DNA from: Cyanophora paradoxa CCMP329
Taxonomy: Eukaryota; Plantae; Glaucophyta
Length of the DNA stretch: 57,314 nucleotides
Direction of reading: 5' to 3'
NCBI GenBank assembly: GCA_004431415.1
Contig: QPMI01000052.1
Coordinates: forward strand, 1 to 57,314
Shown: in pieces, positions 18,741 to 30,125 of the stretch
Position numbering within the stretch: position 1 is the first letter of the stretch
Layout of the letters: the number at the start of each line of letters is the position of its first letter
Program-made: the position numbers and the translations under genes
Notes under the pieces: generated by a model
Database searches by the model: none
What the model was told of the DNA's origin: nothing
The model's input: only the letters and a program-made list of their open reading frames with translations

Positions 18741-21700
18741 AAGGCTGTCGACGCCATGTTCGCGGAACGGTTGGCGTACTTCTGGGACGTGCAGGACGAC
18801 GAGATCGAGGACGGACACGGCGAGAACGACCTCGCACGAGCACTTCGACGACGCCTCACGGCTATTTGGCCGGACACTCTCGGGCTCACCACGACACCGT
18901 TATCTCGTCCCGACCCTGAATTCTACCCGAATCCCGTAGCAGACGGATACTACGAGATCGCGGGAAGGGGGGGCAAGCGCTTCCGCGATCACGCCCTTGT
19001 CCCCAAGGAACGCGATTTTCTCCCGGATTACGGGTCTCTCGAACCCCCACTTCCCCCTGAGCTTTACGGTACGGAGGCGGGCGACGCGATCCTGGAAGAC
19101 ACGACACGCGACGACCTTGTCTCGTACTCCCAGCCACCGATGCCGTTCCTTCAGCAGCGACGGATGCTGGCCAGCTTATACTCGCTTTCCGAGGAGTATC
19201 AGCTTCGGGGGCCGTGGTTGACGGGAGCTATCTCGGAAATCTTCACGCGTCCTGAGCGCCCCGTGGAGAGGACCAACAACCCAGATCCACAGGAGGGCGA
19301 CCTTCCCCTGGATCGCACTCAGGGCGGTCTCCATGCGATTCGACTCATGCATGGTGACGCCGACATCGACAACTTCTTCCGCAAGTTTTATCCGCTGCGA
19401 CCTCTTTACGGTCTCTTCTACGCGGGAACGAAGAATCTCATTCGGGCGTGCGATCGGGCCATCCGCTTCCGTAGCGATCCGGAACTCAACGCGTACGGCG
19501 CGGGCCTTCGTACAGACGGACCCCGCCTACGCAACCGTGGAACGACATGGTTCAAGCAGTTTTCCATTACGACCTCCAACGAGGCCTCTCCGTCCAACCC
19601 CTACAGGTCGTATCTCACGGCTGCAACGAACCCGACCTTGCAGCCTAGCTTTGTTCCGGAGCTGCGTCTCTCGGAAGAGGCGGGTGACCCGACCACTCCG
19701 CTCTTCCCCGACCCCGTCAACACTCCGACTCAGACCCCTCCATTCCGCACCTTCTTTCACGTACCTGCGGACTTCAGCGGCAACGCCAACGGGCCTCTTC
19801 TTGCAGCCCTCGACCCCACGCCGAACCGAGGGGTGCGCAAGCTCACCATGTACGATCCAAACCACACGGACACGTGGACACTACTCACGAATGGCATTCG
19901 CCCGTCTCGCGAAGACGCGCGGACCATCGATTACGTACGGCTGGGGATCAGTGCAAGCAACATGCTTCTTCCGGGCGGCATCATTCACGAGACTCACGAA
20001 CGCCTCGCGGGTACGGATTGGCAACACGTCGTCATTGCCTTCCCGCTCGACGTCCACCTCTACATCGCGGGCATTGCCTTTTTCGTCGCACAGTGGGGAA
20101 TTCTTTCCAGCTCCTTCCCCACGCACGTCGTCGATCTCCACCCGGCGTTGCACCGCATGCTGTCAGATTACGTGCACCGGATGCGGGAAACATTGGGTTT
20201 TACTGTCAATGAAACCGGCATCGCCAGCTTGACAGATTACTGGACGAGCGAGTCCAGCACGTGGTCGCCGGCATACCGTATTCCGGCGGGCTCTCTACAA
20301 TCGGCGTTGTCGGCACTTCTCCTCAAGTACATCATCGCTCACAACGCGCGCCTCGTAGTCCCTCGTGACGTGCATCGGAGGGTGAACCGCAACGGCCCCA
20401 ACTACAACACCCTGCGGCAGCAGCTGAACGAGTTCAAATCGGCACGCCTGCAGCGCTGGTGGCCGAACGCGTTCACTCTCACGGACGAGCTGCGGGAGCT
20501 ATTCAAATCCGAGACGGTCACTGCGGAGCAGGCTGAGAACCTCACGCCAACAGCAGGCTTCGTTGAAGTGGACCGCAACATTATCACGGCCCAAATCCGC
20601 GACTTCATCGACGTGATGCGCCCTCATGTCGAGAACGCCATGGCGGACGAACTTGACCCGGACACGGACGCCTGGGATCCATTCCTCATTCGCCTCGGCG
20701 CAGTCCTCTACGAGCCGGACCTGCGACTGGAGCTGTCGAACTGGATCACACGGGTCTTTAATTGGCCGAGCTCTCCCTCGACGGAGAACTACGACTACAG
20801 CAACTCGCTGTACTACACTTACGAGGCGATTCCCCCGCTCCGCTACTCAGACTCCCGACCCGATGATGAGGACTATCGGCGACACTTCCCGCACGTGTAC
20901 TACGAGTGCTCGCCCGGTCCTGGTCGCTGGACTTCTCCATTCGATGGTCTAGCCGACGACCACAAGGTCTTCAATCCGCTCAAGTTCGCCCTCCGCCACA
21001 ACCCCGCTACTCCTCGAGTGTATGCCATCTACGAGGCGCCGTACGCGGACCGGCTCCCATCCGAGCAGCGGACGGCCGATCTCCCGGCGACGCCGACGCG
21101 GTGGTCCATGTCCCCGAGCCTCGGGCCCGCGGACGTTGACGGCGCCCCTGCTTCGCCGCCTCTTCATCCGCGTGGCTATCGCATCCTGCGAACCCGTCGC
21201 CGCACTCTGAAGCCTGTGCGCTCGCGGGTGGAAGGCTGGAACGCTACGCGGCGCCTCTACTACGCCCACTCGATCGCCGACGCTCTGCGACAGCACACGA
21301 GCTCCACGCCCCCGGACTCGACTTCGGCGGGGTTGACGGCGACGGGTGCGGCAGCGGTCCCCACTGCAACGGTGACGGTCAAGATGGCAACCGTGACGGC
21401 AGCCGTCGCGCCTGACGACGAGATGTCCAACGCCGACGCAATCTGGGGTTCGGATGACGAGATGCCGACGGCGCCCACGTCTGCGGCAGAGGACCCGCCT
21501 CCGCCTGACGACACTGGCGTGCCTTCCGACCGCCCCACCTCGCCTTTCCCGTGGTACTGCGGTCCTCTCCCGATCCCGCGCAACGGACTTCTCTTCGTGG
21601 AGACCGCCGACTTCGCGTACTCTCCCTACTCGGCCCAGGGCACGCCGTACTGCTGGATCGAGTTCGCCCTGACGTCACCGGCTCACCAGACGATCATCGT

Positions 21701-22195
21701 GCCACGAGCGTCGCTGTTTGACGACGTGTCCTTCGCTCAGTCCTTCCACATGTACGACTGGAGCCGCCTTTCGCCCTCGCACTGCGTCAACGCTCAGTAC
21801 CTGGCCCGTCTCGCTGACGAACTACGCGACACTCCGGTCGTTCTCAACACCAGCGCGGGCTTGGCTTTGGAGCTGGCACGCTCGCAAGTCATCCTCACAC
21901 GCCTGGCGTTTGTCATGAACACGCTCGGTCGCCCGGCGTACGACGCGCTCCTGTACTCGTCGCTCGACTGTGTTCACGCTCAGCGTTCGCGTTACTACGT
22001 CGACATCATCCTACGCGGCGACCGTGGGCTGACCCAGGCCTGGCCGATCCTCATTCAGTACCTGCGGAAAACGGCCCCGTTCTTCCGTTCGAGCCTGGCG
22101 TACGAGACTCTGGGACCGTACATGGACCCTCGAGAGATCACGGTGGCCCAGCTGACGTTGGACCCTGGACTCGAGACGGACGAGGGTGCGGGTGG
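18741..22195 (+). CDS. Large retrotransposon ORF1 region (gag position; no recognisable motif), 5'-truncated
   Basis: More than 1100 open codons directly upstream of the protease; the frame is already open at the junction. Confidence 0.6.
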
Positions 22196-23202
22196 TGTCA
22201 CTTTTGGGACCTTCACGACGGCGCACATCACCTCCTGCAGCAAGCGGAATGGTGCGAGGGTATTCGCGGCGATCTCTACACCCAGGGCCTGGGCTACACG
22301 GACACCGGCACCGACTCTGCACGCCCGTCGCCCGCGACAAGCCCGTTCTTCTGGGTGGCGGCTGGACGCCTCCCGCGGACGCACCCACCGAGGCTTGCCC
22401 TCGCTGGCGCGCGCGTCAAGCGTCCCTTCACGCCGGAGTGGCTCCTCAAGCCCGCTCCCTCTTTGGTGAAGGCGATGTGCCGCAAGAAGGTGAACACGGC
22501 GAATCTCCAAGCTCCTGACTTACACCCGATGGCAACAGTCTTCAAGGCCACGTCCACGGTCGATCCCCCTCACTTCGCTGCCCTGCAACTCGCGACGCAC
22601 TCTCTCCTGGCGCGACCAGGCGAGCAGTTCGACCCGCACGAGGCGGACTTGTTTCCTTCTTCACCCTCTGGCCTTGCGGTCCGACTGGTCGATCCGAAGA
22701 AGGCTCTTGACAAGCGCCTCGCCGACGCAAGAATCTGCGTTCGTCTTCAAGTTGGCGCGCTCATTCCCGGCCAACGCGTGAAGACGATGCGTACGGTTCT
22801 CGCACTGGTCGATACGGGTGCGGCAGCGGACGTCATGGACGGCAGCATCGCGGACACGATTGAGGGGCTCCAGTACTCGAATCAGGCTCCAGTACTTCTG
22901 ACGGGCTTCGGCGACAACATGAACGCGTACGCACGCGTCGCCTTCGTCACGTTCAAGATCGGCAACGTCTACATAGCCCGCAAGATCCTTGTAGTCGCCA
23001 AGGGCCTCATGGGCGACACGCCGATGCTTCTCGGTCTCTCAACGCTGACGGCTCTTCGGGCGAGCATCAGTCTGGACACGGCCAACTCGGGCATGACGAT
23101 TCTGCCGCCAGGCGATCACACTGCGACGCCGTACTTCGTTCCTTTTACGCAACGGGCCAGCCCGACGGGGGCACGCTGGTCCGTCTTGCGCAAACGGTTA
23201 CG
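22196..23202 (+). CDS. Retropepsin-type aspartic protease segment
   Basis: ALVDTGA at ~22802-22822 and MLLGL downstream. Confidence 0.85.
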
Positions 23203-26126
23203 TTGCCCCCTGGCGAGGCCCTGGTACGATGCCACGTCCCCACGTATGATAAGACGGCGAGTGCGCACGCGCCTCACATGGAGGTCTCACCGCCGCCGGT
23301 CTTCATCTCGGAAACCGGAGATGATAACACTGACGAAGTCGACTTTCTTACACCTTATCAACTCCATCTCAACCCTCACCGACGAACTTGCCTCGTGGCG
23401 GTCCGGAACCCTCACCGCACAGACGTCCGCTTGAAAGCGGGCACCATTGTCGGCGAGGCGGCGTACGGTGACTGGCCGGAGAGCGAGTACGACCCGCATC
23501 CCGACGTCTCGCAGTACCCGCAGGGACGGTACAAGAACTGGAGTCTGGAAGCCCAGCAGACGTTTCCCATCAGGCGTGTCGTCCAGCAGATCTTCGAGAC
23601 GGCTCGCCCCGTCACCTTGCTGCGAAGCTGCCAGCCGCGGCGGTTCGCCTCCGTGGCACGCGCCACGTACCCGGAAGCCTTCAGCCATGGCGACAACCCT
23701 CAGCCCCAACCACATCTCGATCACTCACGCCCCGCCACCGAACGGGATCGGGAAGACGCAGCGTCGTTCGTCGAGTCGCTTCTCGCCTATGACGCGTTCA
23801 TACGCGACCGCAACTTCATGACCGACGACTACACAGACGAGGAGGTCGAAAGACTGATCGATTTCTTCCTCCCGTACTTCACCGACCCCCAACGGTTCCG
23901 TGGGAGCTTCCGTGAGACTCTCCTACGAATCCGCATCGGACAAGCGTCGATGGCCGATGCAAACGCCATGGATCCCCCCTCCACGTTGATGGCGGGTCCT
24001 GCGGCAATGACAGAAGCCGAAATCGACGCTATGGTCGACGGGTTCTGCAAACCCTCTGAGGCTGACCCCGACATTACATCGGACCAACGCTTGACGTTCC
24101 GGAACCTTGTGCGCGAACAAGCCCGATGCTTCGCAAAAGTCCTTGATCCTCGTGACCTCCTCAAGTACACGAACTCGATTCGTCTACTGCCAGGTGTCAA
24201 CCCCAAGCGGCTGCCCCTCTACACAGTCCCTCGGCGGCTCTCTCCCCCGGCGGAGAAGGCGGCCAAGGCGACTATCGAACAGCTGCTCAAGGACGGCCTC
24301 ATCGAGCCCTCACAGGCTGGATATGGCAGTCCCGTGGTGCTGGCGCCCAAGAAGGACGGCACGATGCGCTTCTGTGTCGACTACCGACGGCTCAACAACT
24401 TGATCGAAGGCGACGTCTTCCCTCTTCCCCGCATTGATGATCAACTTGAACGTTTGCAAGGCTCCTCCATCTTCAGCGTTGGCGACTGCCTGAGCGGATT
24501 CTGGCAACTCGGCCTCGAAGAAGCCTCTCGGGACTACACCACCTTTCTCCTGCCATGGGGAGCCTGGAAATGGGTGTGCACCCCCTTCGGTCTCAAGTCT
24601 GCTCCGTCAGCATTCTGCCGGGCGGTCAGTTCAGTGCTCGGGGACCTTCTCTCCACGTGTGTTGTGGCCTACGTCGACGACTTGACTCTGCATTCGCCGA
24701 CCGTGGCTCAGCACCTCATCGATCTCGAGGCCTTCTTCGCGGCGCTCGCTCGGGGCAACCTCAAATTGAAACCGAGCAAGTGTCACTTCATGGTCCGCGA
24801 GATCGACCTTCTCGGTCACCGTGTCAGCGCTCAAGGCGTCCGCATGGACACGAAGAAGGTGGAGGTGATCTCCAAGATTACTGAACGAGAACTGCAGACC
24901 GTCGAGCACATGCGCAGCTTCCTCGGCATGACGGGCTTCTACAGGCGCTTCATCCGCAACTACACGCGACGCGAGCTTCCGCTCCGTGACCTGATTCACG
25001 CAGCGAAGCTAGCGGACACGACGCAGCTTCAGTGGACGCCAGAAGCCAGCGAAGCACTCGCAGACCTCAAAAAGGTCATGTGCGACGACATCGTGCTCAT
25101 GCTCCCCGACTTTTCCAAGCCGTTTATCATCTACACGGATTGGAGCTTGCGAGCAATGGGCGCGGCGCTCATGCAGACCGACTCTGACGGTCGAGAACGA
25201 CCAATCGCCTTCATCAGCCGAACCCTGACGGCCACGGAGGCGAGGTACAGCTCCCCGACGGAAGGCGAATGCATCGCGGTCATGTGGGCCGTCAAGACGT
25301 GGCGACACTACTTCGACTGCGGGCACCCGTTTACCATCCGCACGGACCACTCGCCTCTGCAGTGGTTGAAGTCGCAGGAACTCCTGGCGAACAAGGCGCT
25401 TTCACGCGCGGCACTCGTCATGCAAGGCTTCAACTACACGATCGAGTACAGGCCGGGCTCGACCAACGTTGTCGCCGACTTCGAGTCGCGCATGGCTCGT
25501 ACGCATCCGATCTACGAGCCTGGAGCGGCGGACGGATCGGACCTCACTACCGACCTGCCCAACGGGGCTCACGGACACTCGGTACCCCGCAGCGGCGATC
25601 CCGACGACCCGACGGAGATCTACGGCACGCTCGTCCCCGTGACGACCGAGCCTACGACATCTATCGCGGCCGCTGGCCTCGACGGACGTGCATGGGCACC
25701 ACCAGCACCTGGAACAAAGCGACGCCGACCAGTGACATTGGCCGAGCCTCGTAGCTCGCCCAACTCGCCACCACAGCGCGCCCGCCACGATCCAGAGGAG
25801 CAGGTGACAGAAGACGCCGAGGACGTGACTTCGGAAGTGGATCCCGCAGAGTACTCCGACGCTGACGACGACGAACTCTCGTCTGAGGAACAGCGGAGCT
25901 CGCCCTCGCGCGCCGAGGCCGATCTCCTTGGACGGACGGGACCTCACTCTGAGGAACAGCGGAGCTCGCCCGCGCACGGCAACACCACGCGCGACGGGAC
26001 TCGCGACTCAGGAGATCGAGGGAGGGGAGGGGTACACTGCGCGGGCGACCTCGTGGACGACCGCGTGGACGACCTCGCCTGCACCACCCCAGAAACCGCC
26101 CTTCAGCAACCGAGCCTCGCAAGCCG
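23203..26126 (+). CDS. Reverse transcriptase and RNase H segment
   Basis: SPVVLAPKKDGTMRFCVDYRRLN, PLPRID, PFGL, YVDD (24670), SFLG-GFYRRFI, YTDWS, TDHSPL, VVAD. Confidence 0.97.
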
Positions 26127-28580
26127 GTGCTGCCTGACGCGGATCCGATCGGGAACCTTCTCCCACCTCCCCAACTCCCCGGCGGCATTCAGCATGAGAT
26201 CGAGAACTACTGGCGGCAGGAGGCACAACGCCATCTTGACGGACGCCAACACGAACTCGCCTTGCCGGAGCCCGACGGCGAGGCTGACCCGCAGCTCTCG
26301 CCGAACAGCTCGGTTGGGGAACCGATGGACGTGACGGATGGAGAACCTGCTCAGGCGACCCCTCCCACGCCCTCAGCAACACCTGCCTATGCGGGGCAGC
26401 AGGGCAACAAGCAGCCTCGACGCAGGGCGGAAGATCGCCATCGAGCCTCGAAGCAGGCCCAACACCGTTTGCTCAAGCAACAAGCGCAACAACGACACGA
26501 GGAGAATGTGCGCAACAACGCAGATCCTGACGGAGCCGAGGCGCGTCCTCGCCTCTCGAAGGAACAGCGTAAGCAGCGCCGTGACACTCGTCGTCAAGAA
26601 CTCGAGGCACAAGCACCACGCCCCCCGAACCTTATCCTCACGCGAGGTGCAGGGTCTCGCAAGGGTCGGTACGCCATCGCGCCTCCCAACGTGATGGACG
26701 TACTCGACGAAGTTCTCCTCCCGATACCGACTCCACCCGAGACGTTGGGCAACGAACGCGAACTTCCACCTGCGGAGCCGCTTACGACAGACGGCGTCGC
26801 TCCGTTGGATGACCGTACCGGCGGGCGCAACGCTCCGAAGCCGGTCTACTTACCGCCAGAGACCACTGTTGCCGACTGCTGGATGCAGGGGCCTCAGCCG
26901 CTGGTTGAAGTCCCTGTACCACCTGCTCTCCAGCCTCTGACGGTCGACGGAGCCTCTATGGTGGAAGATCAGAAGACAGATCCACTCTGTCAGATGATCA
27001 TCGCGTTCAAGCTGCGGAAGGAGAACCTTGCTCGTTGCTACGGCCACACTCACGGCGCTGACGCCCTGAGCCGTGATCCCGACGTCTACAAGACCTGCTT
27101 CGGCTGCGGGCAGGCGCGGGAACGCTTTGCGAAGGAGGCGGGACGCTACTGTCTCTCTCGCTCCGGTGTGGTCCTCCGCGCGCCCCTCTTCCCAACGATG
27201 GGCTCGCCGGTGGTAGTGCCCCAACGCTGGAGAGCTGCGGTGATGGAAGCGTATCACGATGACTGGGCCCACCGAGGCGCGTCCATCGTCGCCCGGCGCA
27301 TCGCGACTCGCTTCTGGTGGCCTGGCATGACGAACATGGTGCACCGCTACGTTCGCACCTGCCATCACTGCCAGTTGGCGAAGGCCAAACACCGGCCTCG
27401 AGTGCAGCACATGATCATCGAATCGCGGCACCCTGGCGACCTGCGCCAAGCTGATCTCTGTCCGATGCCTCACGCCAAAGATGCCCCTCACCGCTTCACG
27501 CAAGTGCTGATTGACATCGACGCGTACACCAAGTATCCGGAGATCATCATGCTCACGGAAGCTGACGGCACGGCCATGGAGTGGGCTGCGCAGAGCATTC
27601 AGTCCTCAAACGGCACGCCCAAACGTTACCTCACTGACAACGGCACGGTGTTCAAGCCGAACACGCCCTGGGGCAAGTTCTGGACCAAGCAGGGCGTGCG
27701 GCTCATCTACACTGGTGTCTCTCACCAGTCGACCAACGGCGGTGCCGAACGACTTGTCGGGGTGTACAAGCGGCTTATCTTCGCGCTCTGTGCCGAAGAC
27801 AAGCGTGACAACGTCTACTGGCCTTACTACCACTACCGTGTGCTCTTCGCGCTGCGCACTACGATCCACGCGGCAACCGGCTTCTCCCCGGCTACGCTTC
27901 ACCATGGACGCGAGCTGGTGCTGCCCGGGGACCTCCGTTTGGATCTTGTTCAGCGTGAACCCTTCGGCGAGCCTTACACGTATGCGGAGTATGCGCTGGC
28001 TGTCGCGCGGGCGGCTTCAAGTGTCGCTGAGGCGGTCAAGGCTCATCGGAAGATGTACAATCACAAGCTCCTTCGCTACGGCACCGGCAACGAACCTCGT
28101 CAGATTTTCGTGCCGGGTGACAAGGTACTCTGCTGGAGCGAGAGCGCGAAGGCGACCAACGTCATGAAGCACGGTACACGTAACGGCTGGACCGGCCCGT
28201 ACGTGGTCGTGGAGGTCTTCTCTCGCGGCTACCTCTACACCGTACGCGGCGACCCGTCGTCTCGAATGCATCGTTCGACGGACGTTGTGGTGCACGTCGA
28301 CAACATCATTCCGTACTATGACCGCCCCGATAACTTTGCCGAGGATCCGAAGCCTGGCCGGCCCCAACGGCGCGCCCCTGAACCTGTTCCCCCGCCTCCG
28401 GTGCATCTGGACGCGGATGGTGATCAGCCAATGGAGGATCCGCCGATCCTGCACGACGACGAGCCTCACTCGGAGGGCCGCTTGGCCGAGGAGGGCAGTG
28501 ACGACGACTCCGTGGAGTCCGAGCAGGAAGAGAGTGTGCAGCTCCATGTTGTGGGCTGGCCGAAGCACGACTTCGCCTAG
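26127..28580 (+). CDS. Retroviral-type integrase segment
   Basis: HHCC finger (YHDDWAH...CHHC), D-D-E (ADL, TDNG, GAER) and GPY/F motif WTGPY; stop at 28580. Confidence 0.95.
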   Translation: MLPDADPIGNLLPPPQLPGGIQHEIENYWRQEAQRHLDGRQHELALPEPDGEADPQLSPNSSVGEPMDVTDGEPAQATPPTPSATPAYAGQQGNKQPRRRAEDRHRASKQAQHRLLKQQAQQRHEENVRNNADPDGAEARPRLSKEQRKQRRDTRRQELEAQAPRPPNLILTRGAGSRKGRYAIAPPNVMDVLDEVLLPIPTPPETLGNERELPPAEPLTTDGVAPLDDRTGGRNAPKPVYLPPETTVADCWMQGPQPLVEVPVPPALQPLTVDGASMVEDQKTDPLCQMIIAFKLRKENLARCYGHTHGADALSRDPDVYKTCFGCGQARERFAKEAGRYCLSRSGVVLRAPLFPTMGSPVVVPQRWRAAVMEAYHDDWAHRGASIVARRIATRFWWPGMTNMVHRYVRTCHHCQLAKAKHRPRVQHMIIESRHPGDLRQADLCPMPHAKDAPHRFTQVLIDIDAYTKYPEIIMLTEADGTAMEWAAQSIQSSNGTPKRYLTDNGTVFKPNTPWGKFWTKQGVRLIYTGVSHQSTNGGAERLVGVYKRLIFALCAEDKRDNVYWPYYHYRVLFALRTTIHAATGFSPATLHHGRELVLPGDLRLDLVQREPFGEPYTYAEYALAVARAASSVAEAVKAHRKMYNHKLLRYGTGNEPRQIFVPGDKVLCWSESAKATNVMKHGTRNGWTGPYVVVEVFSRGYLYTVRGDPSSRMHRSTDVVVHVDNIIPYYDRPDNFAEDPKPGRPQRRAPEPVPPPPVHLDADGDQPMEDPPILHDDEPHSEGRLAEEGSDDDSVESEQEESVQLHVVGWPKHDFA

Positions 28581-29430
28581 CTATAACTCTGGGGTTGGTG
28601 GCGTTCGCTTCTATGACGGATGCGGAACTCGGGTTCCTGAGCTTCACTTGAGTCACCTTGGTGGTTGATGTGATGACCGTGAGGGCACTGCATCCGGCAG
28701 TGGACCCTGAGGGCTGCCGCACCAGCGGCAGGCTCTGTTCAGTGGTTGGCCGCTGCTCATGGCAGCGGAGGGCCACTGCACCCGACAGTGGGCCCTGTGG
28801 TTGGTTGGCCGTCGCTCCAGCGACGGAGGGTCCTCATGGGACCTATTCCCCCGGCTTTCCCGTTGCTCAGCCGGAGCAACGGGCTGGGAACCTTTTCTTG
28901 TAGCTGTTCCATTCAGTGCGTCCGATCCGCGTTGATCGCACGCCTCCTGAATTGCTCCGCCTTCCTTGGGCGCTGATCAGGTTGCGCAGTTCAGGCCGCG
29001 GGCTGATCACCCGTCCGGCCCTGGACCCTGCCACTTCCTGCTATCACCCTCTACGCCCCCCTGGCCGGCCCCTTCCGGCTGCTTCCTGGCCTCCCTCGGG
29101 CGGCACGGGGACGTGCCGACGAGGAACACGCGGAGCTATTGCCTCACGGCTTTATGCCGTCAGGAGCCGGCGCCCCGAGTCTCTCCGCTTGCAGTGCTTG
29201 GCCTTAGTCTCCGCAGCGCTCACATTGAGTGCGCCGATTGGACCCCCACTACTTTTCATGTACCCTTCCCGGGCTCACACCCCGGGTGATACACTTGTAC
29301 CCTGTACTTGTGCTTGCTCCTGGAATACCAGCTCTGCTCGCTCTCGCCGCCAGCTTGCTAGAACTGCACAGCACGCATGGCTAAGCCTAGCCGCACCATA
29401 AACTAGGCTCTTCTGACTACCGCACTGAGG

Positions 29431-29654
29431 TGTCAGATCTATATAGCTAGAGGCTACTTCGCAACCGTTGAACGAAATCTGCTTTCTCCCCCGGGAGTCC
29501 CCCCACCCCGACCCACGGCCATCGATATCGATCGCGAGTCGACGTCGCGAGTCTCGCGACTCGCCGCGAGCGTTTCACGCGTCTCGAATTCGTTCTCTAT
29601 CGACATCGACGAGTTGATCATGAGTCATTGATGACTGGCTGACAGCGGCTGACA
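29431..29654 (+). repeat. Candidate 3' LTR
   Basis: TGTCAG at 29431 and CTGACA at 29639-29644 or 29649-29654, with TATATA near the start. There is no clear polypurine tract and no second copy in the window. Confidence 0.3.
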
Positions 29655-30125
29655 ACCCTACCCCGGGTACCCCCCCCGGGACTGCGGGAGTTTGCGCTCC
29701 AATCCGGCCGCAGGCCGCGGGCTGCACAATTACAAGCAGCACAGCACAGCACCTAGACGTCGACTACTAGCTGTAGCTACGGTAGCTGCGACCGTCGGAC
29801 AGCCTCGGGGCTGCGACCACCGGGTACCGCTGGATCCGCGGGATCGCTGTTCTTCGGCGAGTTGACGGTCACTGGAACGACGGCCGTCACCGGGCCGTGC
29901 ACTTGCGCGGTCGGCCGCGGATCCGGACCCAAGTCATCCGCCGCAGCGTGCGCCGCGTTGCCGCCAGCCGGCCGCGAACGCTGGAGCGCGTCGCACCAGC
30001 AAGGCACACCCAGCCGCGCTCGAAAGGCCGCCGGGCCTTCTCTGGTCGTCCGCGGCCGACGGCGGCGACGGGTCATCGACATCGTGTGGTGACGGCGTGG
30101 GCCCGCCGCGGTTGCAACTGACGGG

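Larger units (their letters stand above)
18741..29654 (+). mobile_element. Ty3/Gypsy LTR retrotransposon, 5' end cut off by the viral element
   Basis: Domain order PR-RT-RH-INT; intronless; intermediate-high GC. The 3' boundary is uncertain. Confidence 0.92.

Noticed and set aside
12750-26126. Diversity-generating retroelement (RT near a fibre gene with repeated domains)
   Set aside because: The RT is a standard Gypsy enzyme with PR, RH and INT, and the fibre repeats are not an adenine-specific TR/VR pair.
28540-28580. Chromodomain at the integrase C-terminus
   Set aside because: Only a V-GW fragment precedes the stop; too little to support the call.
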